DNA of 64,000 bases. Source: Gammaproteobacteria bacterium. GTDB taxonomy: Bacteria; Pseudomonadota; Gammaproteobacteria; Eutrophobiales; Eutrophobiaceae. Below, in pieces: positions 39,230 to 47,630 of this stretch. The DNA is taken from positions 736,001 to 800,000 of the forward strand of contig OZ244905.1 in the NCBI GenBank assembly GCA_965221695.1, read 5' to 3'. The position numbers and the translations under genes are program-made. The notes under the pieces are model-generated. The model searched no databases and was not told the DNA's origin. It worked only from the letters and a program-made list of their open reading frames with translations. Each line of letters begins with the position of its first letter. Position 1 is the first letter of the stretch.

Positions 39230-40945
39230 CTACTCCTGTGCGTCCCGCTGGTAAACAACTTCTCCATTGATGATGGTGTACATCACCCTGACCCGATGCA
39301 GTTCATTGACCGGGATAGTGTACGGATCACGGTCCACGACCACCAGGTCCGCCAGTTTGCCCGGTTCTATGCTGCCCAGCCGGTCCTCTGTACCCATGTG
39401 CCGGGCTGAATTGACCGTGAACAGTTCAATGGCCTGGTCCAGGGTGATGGCCTGTTCCTTGCCGAAGCTGTCCTCGCTTCCACCGGGTCTTTCCCTGGTC
39501 ACCAGCGTCTCGATAGCAATCCACGGGTTGACCGAGGGCACCACGGACCAATCCGAACCCGGAACTGCCAGGGCGCCGGATGCGATGACCTCGCGTACCG
39601 GCCACACGCGTTTGATGCGCTGCGTTCCGACCGCCGCAATAATGCTGTCATTAATCGGACTGGGACTCCACAGGTAAGGCGACATCTCAAAACTTGCGCC
39701 GATTTCCCGCGCCAGGGGCATGTCCTCGGCAGCGACGAAAGTGGAATGCCCGATGTTATGCCGCAGGTCGCTGTCGCCATTGGCCTGGCGCGCGCTGGCT
39801 ATTGCCTGCAACCCGGCGCGCGCAGACGCATCGCCGGCGGCATGGAACTTCACCGTCAGGCCCATGGCATCGTAGCGGGTGACTACGTCATTCAATACGC
39901 GCTGCTCTTCCAGCAACATGCCGTAGCGGCTGGCTTCATCGTCGCGCCCCTCGACCGTGCCTGCATAAGGCTCCAGCATCGCTGCCGTGTGGCTGTCGGT
40001 CGGAACGCCGTCGAGAAATATCTTGACGCAATCGGGTGATACACGTTCTCTTGCATACGTTGCGCGGGTCTCGATAAACGCCCCTGTGTCTGCATTGGCG
40101 CTGAACCATGGCATACACAACCTCACGCGTTGTTTCAGGATGCCTGAGTCAGCCAGCGCGGCATAGGCGCCGGCTTCTTTTTCGGGATTAGAGGAATACC
40201 CGGTCGCCGCCTCCGAAAAAGACGTGATACCGTGGACCAGCATTTCATCCAGCGCCCATTCCAGCGCGGCGCTGATCTGTTCACCCGTTGCTTCGGGAAT
40301 ATGCATCCGCACCAGCATCACCGCCTCTTCCCTGAGTATGCCGGTCGGCGCACCGGAACTGTCGCGTTCGATGATTCCATCTTCAGGATTGGGCGTGCCG
40401 GCGCTCAAGCCGGCAATCTCTAGCGCCCGGGTATTGGCCCAGGCGCTGTGTTCGCTGGTATCACTGAGCAAAACCGGATTGTCCGGTGTGACTCCATCAA
40501 GCATGGCTGCGTTCGGCGCCTGGCCGATTGCGGACACATCCCATTGGCCGCCGGTAATCCACTCGCCCGGTTCGGCCTGTTCGGCGCAGTCCTTGACGCG
40601 CTGTTGGACCTGCGCCAGCGTAAAGCCCTGGGGAATGACACAGCGTTGTGCCTGCATGCCGGCATAGATGGGATGTACGTGCAGATCGTGAAACCCCGGG
40701 AATACCACCTGACCATCCAGGTCAATCACCTTGGCGCCGGTACCGACCAGGGCGCTGATCGTCTCCGTTGCGCCGACCGACTCGATCCTCCCTTGCCGGA
40801 CAATCACCGCTTCGGCCACGGGTTGCTCCGGGTTCAGGGTATAAATTTTCCCGTTTATCAGCGCCACCTCCTCGGGAGCCCGGGTGCAGGCAGCGAGCAG
40901 GAGCAGCGCGATAAATACAGACAGGCTGAGAGGTTTTGTCGGCAT
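39230..40945 (-). CDS. Amidohydrolase-3 family lipoprotein
   Basis: LAAC lipobox, PGFHDLHVH, KIFLDG, HAAGD, GSDW, GSIEPGKLADLVV. Confidence 0.9.
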   Translation of the reverse strand: MPTKPLSLSVFIALLLLAACTRAPEEVALINGKIYTLNPEQPVAEAVIVRQGRIESVGATETISALVGTGAKVIDLDGQVVFPGFHDLHVHPIYAGMQAQRCVIPQGFTLAQVQQRVKDCAEQAEPGEWITGGQWDVSAIGQAPNAAMLDGVTPDNPVLLSDTSEHSAWANTRALEIAGLSAGTPNPEDGIIERDSSGAPTGILREEAVMLVRMHIPEATGEQISAALEWALDEMLVHGITSFSEAATGYSSNPEKEAGAYAALADSGILKQRVRLCMPWFSANADTGAFIETRATYARERVSPDCVKIFLDGVPTDSHTAAMLEPYAGTVEGRDDEASRYGMLLEEQRVLNDVVTRYDAMGLTVKFHAAGDASARAGLQAIASARQANGDSDLRHNIGHSTFVAAEDMPLAREIGASFEMSPYLWSPSPINDSIIAAVGTQRIKRVWPVREVIASGALAVPGSDWSVVPSVNPWIAIETLVTRERPGGSEDSFGKEQAITLDQAIELFTVNSARHMGTEDRLGSIEPGKLADLVVVDRDPYTIPVNELHRVRVMYTIINGEVVYQRDAQE

Positions 40946-40988
40946 TGTTCAGTCTCTCCGGGCAAACAACGGCTATGACTCGATTTAA

Positions 40989-41141
40989 GGAAACTCTGGA
41001 CAAGTCCATCCTGGACTTGTCAGAGTACGGAAAACAAAAATGCGATTTTTGTTTTCCTCACAATATCAATGCCTTACAGTCATTGATATTGACGATACAT
41101 CCTTGTATCGTAGGAACCTCTGAGACTTAATCAGAGGTTCT
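40989..41141. mobile_element. 153-bp non-autonomous IS5-type MITE with five hairpins
   Basis: Ends GGAAACTCTG.../...CAGAGGTTCT, flanked by TTAA and ATAA; five consecutive stems. Confidence 0.75.
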
Positions 41142-41235
41142 ATAAATTGCCCTCCTGACATCCTGACATTGCAAGATTTTAATATCAATGATAGCCTGTC
41201 GTTGGAAAATAAGATAGTTAAAGAACCTCTGTTGA

Positions 41236-41266
41236 GGAACCTCCAAGATTTAGTCTCAGGGGTTCC
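41236..41266. mobile_element. Degenerate solo MITE
   Basis: GGAACCTCCAAGATTTAGTCTCAGGGGTTCC. Confidence 0.5.
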
Positions 41267-41347
41267 AACAGTACAGGGATGTGCCGTTTGACAATGGATG
41301 GACTTGTTCAGCGGTTCCTTGAAAAATCATCTTGAGGGGGAATTAAT

Positions 41348-43690
41348 ATGTCGGCGATAAAACTTCCGTTCTTGAACGCGCCAATGGTTTGCCTGTTGTA
41401 CATGCTGAGCGCTAGTCCCGGCCCGGCCCTGGGCCAGCAGACCATGCTTGAAGAAATCATCGTAACCGCGCAGAAGCGCGAGCAGGGCATCAACGATGTC
41501 GGCATTACCGTTAATGCATTCACCGGGGCCCAGCTTGAAAACTACGGTGTGAGATCGGCGGAACACCTGGAAAGCATTACCCCGGGACTGACTATTACCA
41601 ATGCGCAGCCCCATGGCGTTCCCGTGTATACCATTCGAGGCGTCGGTTTTGCGGACTATACCACCTCGGCTTCAAGCACCGTCGGGCTTTACTTCGACGA
41701 AGTAAACCTTCCGTACAGTGTGATGACCCGCGGTGTGCTGTTTGACATGGAGCGCGTGGAAGTCCTGAAAGGGCCGCAGGGAGACCTTTACGGGCGCAAC
41801 TCCACCGCCGGGCAGATCAATTTTGTCGGTCGCAAACCCACCGAAGAATTTACGGCCGGGCTAAAACTGGGATACAGCCGTTTTGATGTGATCGACGCCG
41901 AAGCCTATGTAAGCGGCTCGCTGGCCGCTAATGCGCGCGCACGCGTGGCGGTTAAAACCACCCAATCAGCCGGTGACGGCTGGCAGAAAAGCCTGAGCCG
42001 TCCCGGTGACAGGCTGGGCGAATATGACGATATCGCGGTACGCGGCCTGCTGGATCTGGATATCAACGACAACGCATCCTTATTCATCAACCTGCACTGG
42101 TATGAGGACAATTCCGACAACATGGCGCCAACCCCGGTAGATGGAATGTCAATAGGCCTCCCGACCTCACTGGCGTTACCCACCCCCGGTAATATCATAT
42201 TTTCCGAAGGAAAGACCCGTGTTGCCGACTGGTCGCCCGACCTTCCCCCTGAACGGGACAATACTCTCAAGGGCGTTTCCGCGAAACTGGACTGGGATTT
42301 TGGTGGGGTAAACCTGACGGCAATCAGTTCCTACGACAAGTTTGATCGGGATGAAACGTTTGATCCGTCCGGTGTCGGGTTTGAAGATGCCGATGTCCTG
42401 AATACGACCGACCTTAAAGTTTTCTCACAGGAAATTCGCCTGTCGTCAAACAACGACTCCAACCTGTACTGGCTGGTCGGCGCCCACTACTCCTGGGATG
42501 AGATCAGTGAGAGCTATATCTTGTTTATGGATGAGTCGTTTTTTGCCTTTTTCGGCAACCCGCCCGGACTGGATATTGATACCAGCTACGACCAAACAAC
42601 GGAAGCCGTAGCCGCGTTCGGCCATATTGAATACGAATTCGCCCCGGATTTCCGCTTAACCCTGGGCGCGCGCTACACGGATGAGAAACGGAAATGGAGC
42701 GGCTGCACCTACGACACCGGTGACGGTTCGCTGGGCGCGCTGTGGAACTTTATTCTCACGCCTGCTGTAATGATACCGCAGGGCTTCCCGGACCCCGGCC
42801 CGCTGGAGCCGGGTGGTTGCGGCATTTATGATGAAAGGCCCGGTTCGCCGACATTCGGCCAACTGGCCGTGTTTTCGGACAGCATCACAACTGAAAAGTG
42901 GATGTGGAAAGCAACGTTTGATTACAGCCCGATAGAAGATATGCTGCTGTACGGCACGGTGTCGAAAGGGTTCAAATCCGGTGGTTTCAACGGCGCCGCC
43001 GCCCAGACTCACACCCAGCTACTGCCGTACAAAGCGGAAACATTGTTGTCTTTTGAGGCAGGCTTGAAATCGACGCTGTTTGACGGCAGGCTGCAATTGA
43101 ACCTTGCCGGCTTCTATTATGACTATGAAGACAAGCAGGAACCCACTGTGGCCGTCACGCCTGTCGGCAATATATCGGGACTCACCAACGTACCTGAATC
43201 GGAAGCCGTAGGCGTGGAGATGGAGTCACACTGGTTGATAACCTCCGGGTTGACCCTGGACCTGGGTGTTGCCTGGCTCAATACGGAAATCAAGGAATAT
43301 GAGGCTGTCGATGAATTGGCCAGCGCCTGGCCAGTTGAGATCAGGTTCGATGCTTCCGGTTCCGACCTGGCAAACTCGCCTAACTGGCAGGCTAACGGAA
43401 CGCTGACCTACGAATGGCCTCTCACCGGTACAATGAACATGATGCTGGCAGGAGATTTCTCCTACAAGGCCGACAACGACGGCGCCGTACAGCCGCCGAT
43501 CAGCGATTATTTTCTTGTGAATGCCCGTGCCAGGTTGAGCGCTGCCGACGACCGCTGGGGTGTGACAATTTGGGGGCGCAATATCTTCAATGAAGAGTAC
43601 TGGCACTCAACCTCCACCAGCAACTGCTGTTATGTGAGGATGAACGGCATGCCGGCCACTTACGGAGTTTCTCTGGATTATAATTATTAG
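41348..43690 (+). CDS. TonB-dependent receptor
   Basis: LEEIIVTAQKR TonB box, ERVEVLKGPQG.LYGRN plug, GFKSGGFN, C-terminal DYNY. Confidence 0.96.
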   Translation: MSAIKLPFLNAPMVCLLYMLSASPGPALGQQTMLEEIIVTAQKREQGINDVGITVNAFTGAQLENYGVRSAEHLESITPGLTITNAQPHGVPVYTIRGVGFADYTTSASSTVGLYFDEVNLPYSVMTRGVLFDMERVEVLKGPQGDLYGRNSTAGQINFVGRKPTEEFTAGLKLGYSRFDVIDAEAYVSGSLAANARARVAVKTTQSAGDGWQKSLSRPGDRLGEYDDIAVRGLLDLDINDNASLFINLHWYEDNSDNMAPTPVDGMSIGLPTSLALPTPGNIIFSEGKTRVADWSPDLPPERDNTLKGVSAKLDWDFGGVNLTAISSYDKFDRDETFDPSGVGFEDADVLNTTDLKVFSQEIRLSSNNDSNLYWLVGAHYSWDEISESYILFMDESFFAFFGNPPGLDIDTSYDQTTEAVAAFGHIEYEFAPDFRLTLGARYTDEKRKWSGCTYDTGDGSLGALWNFILTPAVMIPQGFPDPGPLEPGGCGIYDERPGSPTFGQLAVFSDSITTEKWMWKATFDYSPIEDMLLYGTVSKGFKSGGFNGAAAQTHTQLLPYKAETLLSFEAGLKSTLFDGRLQLNLAGFYYDYEDKQEPTVAVTPVGNISGLTNVPESEAVGVEMESHWLITSGLTLDLGVAWLNTEIKEYEAVDELASAWPVEIRFDASGSDLANSPNWQANGTLTYEWPLTGTMNMMLAGDFSYKADNDGAVQPPISDYFLVNARARLSAADDRWGVTIWGRNIFNEEYWHSTSTSNCCYVRMNGMPATYGVSLDYNY

Positions 43691-43717
43691 TACTCTTTCA
43701 ACTTAATTTTGACATGT

Positions 43718-44587
43718 TCAGCGGGTCGGCATCAGGCCCATGTCGAATTGCAGGTGGCTGAACGGCACCGGGATGTTGTAGCGGGCAGCCAGGCCGGCAT
43801 CGTCGGATTGTTCATAATGGCCTATCAGCGAACTCTTGGTGGCGAACACCGCGTCTGAGTCCAGATACTCGTCGCCTTCCGAAAATACGTGCGTTGTCAG
43901 CGGCTCGTAACCGTCCGCAGAGACGATGAAATGGATATGGGCCGGGCGCATGCCGTGACGGCTGCTGGTTCGCAACAAATCACCAACCGGTCCGTCAGTG
44001 GGTATGGAATAGGATAGCGGTTTTTCCGTGACAAAAGCGTAATTGCCTTGCTCATCCGTGGTGAAGATGCCGCGCATATTGTTCTCCGGCATGGTTTGAT
44101 CCTGCACATCATACGTACCGTTCGCTGCGGTTTGCCAGATGTCCAGCTTTGCTCCCGCTATGGGATTACCGTCCGGGTCAGTCACCCTGCCCTGTACCAG
44201 CGCAATATCTCCACCATAATGCCGCTTGATGATGCTGGCGCCGTTTTCGTATTCCGGCGCGCCGGGCACGTAAAACGGCCCTAACACTGTGGACTCGGTG
44301 CCCTGGCCGGACTTGGGGTGGTTGATCGCATCAACCAGCATGGATACGCCCAGCACGTCTGACAACAGGATAAATTCCTGGCGCTTATCGTCGCAGATCT
44401 GGCCTGTAGCGGTTAGGAACATGATGGCCTTGAACCATTCCTCTTCCGTCAACTCCACATCCTTGACAAACGCATGGAGGTGTTTGAGCAACGAGGTAAT
44501 GATCTGCCTGAACCTTGGATCTTCTGTCTTGGAACCGTATTCTTCCAACACGATTTCCGTCAGATTATCGATTGTAAAATCACGCAT
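43718..44587 (-). CDS. Intradiol ring-cleavage dioxygenase (hydroxyquinol 1,2-dioxygenase-like)
   Basis: RQEFILLSDVLG.SMLVD, STVLGPF, YDVQ, YSIP.DGPVG, RPAHIHF. Confidence 0.9.
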   Translation of the reverse strand: MRDFTIDNLTEIVLEEYGSKTEDPRFRQIITSLLKHLHAFVKDVELTEEEWFKAIMFLTATGQICDDKRQEFILLSDVLGVSMLVDAINHPKSGQGTESTVLGPFYVPGAPEYENGASIIKRHYGGDIALVQGRVTDPDGNPIAGAKLDIWQTAANGTYDVQDQTMPENNMRGIFTTDEQGNYAFVTEKPLSYSIPTDGPVGDLLRTSSRHGMRPAHIHFIVSADGYEPLTTHVFSEGDEYLDSDAVFATKSSLIGHYEQSDDAGLAARYNIPVPFSHLQFDMGLMPTR

Positions 44588-44607
44588 GATTTCCTCCCCG
44601 TGTAGTA

Positions 44608-44671
44608 TTCACATGGATGGACAGGATATACAGGATGCTGTCATGTCTTGCATCCTGTATATCCATGTTAA
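44608..44671. repeat. 9-nt-periodic IR element, short copy
   Basis: TTCACATGGATGGACAGGATATACAGGATGC...GCATCCTGTATATCCATGTTAA. Confidence 0.8.
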
Positions 44672-44673
44672 TC

Positions 44674-45972
44674 TTAACGCCCTTTTGCGCGCAATGCCTG
44701 CACGGTGAAATCTGTTTCTTTAAATGGTTTTTCCGGCAATATCGCCTTGAACTGCAGGGTCGTGCAGTGCAGCGCCTGGATATCGATCATGGAGACCGCA
44801 TCGATGATCGGCACGCCCATGCCCCGGTTGGAGGGATGATGCCGGTCCGGGTGGGAGTAGGCGGCGATGGCGACTTTCCACAGGTTGCCAGGCCTGTCGA
44901 AGATGTGGCCATAGACCGGTAACATGGTCTGGGCGTCCAGGTAATAGCGACGCTTGGACAACGGATGTTGTTTCCAGTAAGGCTCGGCCTCCAGGATATA
45001 CGCCTTGCGCACGTGCCAGGTGACATTCGGAAAGCAGTTACCCTTGCCGTGGAAGCCGATGAACCTGAAACCATCGAGCTGTTGCCCCACCTCCTCCAGT
45101 TGCTGCTCGTCATGATGGAAGAACGGCAGCAGTACCCAGGTGATGCCTTTATAGGTCCACTTCTGATCCATGATGCGGCCGTTATAACCTAAAAAGTCCT
45201 CGATCATAATGTCACTGCCGAGGAATGCGTCCGTGGTCTGTCCAGACGCCAGGCGGCGCACACGCCGGTGGCCGGACAGGTACAGCCAGACCTGCTCCGG
45301 CTTGGTATCGTCTTCCAGTCGTTGTACCAGCAGTTGCGTCCCGCGCAGGTCGGGCGGCGCCAGTACTCTCAGGTACAGGCCGTGGTAGATTTCGGACGGA
45401 TTTTTCGGCATCGACGGAATCGGCTCCTGCACATGCCTGTGCATAAACTTCAGCGAACTGGCATAGAAGGACAACTCTCTCTCGATTTTGTCATGCCGTA
45501 TATTCCTGTATTGCCAGTAAAATCCATCCACCTCACCGCTGTCGTAAGAATAGGTATAGCGCAGGTTCCAGGCCAGCTTGTCCCCTGCCCTGGGATCGTC
45601 AAGTTGCGGCTCTCTGGGGAACGGCCGTCCCGCGATGTAATTGTGAATAATCCCCGGCGCATCGCCGAGTTCGGTTTGATCCAGGTAACGCCTCGTTGCG
45701 TCGATATACGCAGCATGCGTGGACATGGATATGACCTCGCCCGTGGTGATGGTCAAAAACTCATCACTGATCAGGTCCACCAGCTTAGGCGCCAGAATAG
45801 GGCGGAATGACTCCACATTTTCTTTTGTGATCACCGTGCCCGGCGCGGGGTTAAGCGAGGCAACATGTGCCAGGTCAAAGGTGAACGACTCCTCGACCAC
45901 ATCTGCCCTGAGCGCGGCGGTACCGGCCAGAAGACCAAGCAACGATACGCAGATAAATCGTCGAGAAGTCAT
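44674..45972 (-). CDS. DUF1329 family periplasmic protein (paralogue 2)
   Basis: Signal peptide, GRPFP, WLYL...RRVRRLASGQ.TDAFLGSD...EDF.GYNG, DRPGNLWK. Confidence 0.88.
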   Translation of the reverse strand: MTSRRFICVSLLGLLAGTAALRADVVEESFTFDLAHVASLNPAPGTVITKENVESFRPILAPKLVDLISDEFLTITTGEVISMSTHAAYIDATRRYLDQTELGDAPGIIHNYIAGRPFPREPQLDDPRAGDKLAWNLRYTYSYDSGEVDGFYWQYRNIRHDKIERELSFYASSLKFMHRHVQEPIPSMPKNPSEIYHGLYLRVLAPPDLRGTQLLVQRLEDDTKPEQVWLYLSGHRRVRRLASGQTTDAFLGSDIMIEDFLGYNGRIMDQKWTYKGITWVLLPFFHHDEQQLEEVGQQLDGFRFIGFHGKGNCFPNVTWHVRKAYILEAEPYWKQHPLSKRRYYLDAQTMLPVYGHIFDRPGNLWKVAIAAYSHPDRHHPSNRGMGVPIIDAVSMIDIQALHCTTLQFKAILPEKPFKETDFTVQALRAKGR

Positions 45973-46042
45973 GTTTGTCCGCTAATCATTCTTCCGCAGA
46001 TGATACAGGCTGGCGTAAATGAGTTTTACGGTCTTACACCCG

Positions 46043-47593
46043 CTAATCTGTGGCATCTTCGGGCTTTTTCATAAACAGGTTGACATCATGGGGATTGACC
46101 AGGTCTCCAACCGTCCAGCCGTTGATGTCGTATTCATCCATACACTGCTGGGCAAAGTCCTTGAGTTCCTGCTCCAGGCCCGAGGCCTGCGCCGATATCA
46201 ACGCATCAATGCGGATGTTTTCGTTATTGCCCGAGTAATTGCGTTCATACAGTTCATGGCGGCCACCGAACTCCGTGCCGATGGCATCCCACAACAGGCG
46301 CATGGTCTTGACCCGGTCCTCCGCATCGTGGCCGTAAGAGCCCCGCAGGTATTTATCCAGGTAGACTTTCAGCTCCGGCACGTTGAAATCCGTCGCATGG
46401 GAGTTCAGGTAGATCAGGCCGCTGGCAACCATGTTCTCGATTAATTCCTTGGCGCGGGGATAGGCCATCGTCATCAGCACCCGATATACCTGCCCGGCAT
46501 GGCCGTTCGGCACTTTTGCGCCCTTGAAATCGTCAGGCATGCCGCACATCGCATCCGACAAGGCCCAGAACAGGTGGCGCAACACGATCATTTCACCTAT
46601 CGCCACTTGCACGCCGCGATACCCCTTGGAACCGGTGATCTCCAGGGCCTTCATGAACAGACCGGTAATGAAATCAAATTTTACCGCAAGCCGGGTGCAG
46701 CCGTGAAAGGCAAAGGTATAACCCCAACCGGAAGTACCCAGGAACGTACTGGCCGCCTCCATGTCCTGGTAGATAAAGACGTCTTCCCAGCGCATCAGCG
46801 CATTGTCCAGAACCAGTATCGCATCATTCTCATCCAGGCGGCTGGACAGCGGGTTGTCGAACGGGCTGCCCATCACCTCCGCCGCGTACGCGTAGGACGG
46901 CCGGCAAATCAGCTTCACCCCCGGCGTGTCCATGCTCAACATGCCGGAAATCGCAAAACGCTTGTCCTTGACGGGGATGGGTCCGTACTGTCCAAGGAAA
47001 TTGTAGTGTGTCAGGGCCGACCCGGTCGCCACCACCTTGGCCCCGGAAATGATGATGCCCTCATCCGTTTCCCCGGTACAGTGCATGTAGACATCCTCGA
47101 TCTCTTCATGGGGTTTATGCCGGTCCACCGGGGGATTCACCAGGGCATGGTTCAGGAACGGCACACTTTCCTGGGCGCGCCGGTACCAGTTCAGGGCATT
47201 GCCGGCATAGTCACCGAAATACTCCTGGTTGAATCCCAGGGTCAGCATCAGGCTGGCCTTGTAATCGGGGGTACGGCCCATCCAGCCGTAAGTCATGCGC
47301 GCCCACTGGGCGATGGCCTCGCGCTGGGCGATCACATCTTCGCGGCTCCTGGCGACCTTGAAGTAAGGATGGGTAAAACCGCCGTTGCCGGTATCGGTAT
47401 CGGTACGCAGGTGCGGAAATTGCTCTTCATTATGCAGCGCATCGTAGAGGCGCGCCATCATCCTTGCGGGGTTGCGGAAGGCCGGGTGTTCGGTCACGTC
47501 GCGGACCCGCTCCCCGTAAATCCAGATCTCCCGGTCGTCTTTCAGGTTCTCAAGAAATTCAGCGCCGGTATAGGGGCGAATATCGTTATCCAC
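46043..47593 (-). CDS. FADH2-dependent phenol hydroxylase oxygenase component (HpaB/PheA1/NphA1-like)
   Basis: RPYTGAEFLE.L.D.RE..IYGERV, GWMGRTPDYKA, NHALVNPPVDR, SSRLDENDA, GGRHELYERNY. Confidence 0.93.
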   Translation of the reverse strand: MDNDIRPYTGAEFLENLKDDREIWIYGERVRDVTEHPAFRNPARMMARLYDALHNEEQFPHLRTDTDTGNGGFTHPYFKVARSREDVIAQREAIAQWARMTYGWMGRTPDYKASLMLTLGFNQEYFGDYAGNALNWYRRAQESVPFLNHALVNPPVDRHKPHEEIEDVYMHCTGETDEGIIISGAKVVATGSALTHYNFLGQYGPIPVKDKRFAISGMLSMDTPGVKLICRPSYAYAAEVMGSPFDNPLSSRLDENDAILVLDNALMRWEDVFIYQDMEAASTFLGTSGWGYTFAFHGCTRLAVKFDFITGLFMKALEITGSKGYRGVQVAIGEMIVLRHLFWALSDAMCGMPDDFKGAKVPNGHAGQVYRVLMTMAYPRAKELIENMVASGLIYLNSHATDFNVPELKVYLDKYLRGSYGHDAEDRVKTMRLLWDAIGTEFGGRHELYERNYSGNNENIRIDALISAQASGLEQELKDFAQQCMDEYDINGWTVGDLVNPHDVNLFMKKPEDATD

Positions 47594-47603
47594 TAAATAT
47601 GAC

Positions 47604-47630
47604 CTCTGTGATCTTTGTGTCCTCTGTGGC
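47604..47630. repeat. 9-nt-periodic repeat arm (CTCTGTG family)
   Basis: CTCTGTGATCTTTGTGTCCTCTGTGGC, related to 50589-50615. Confidence 0.6.
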
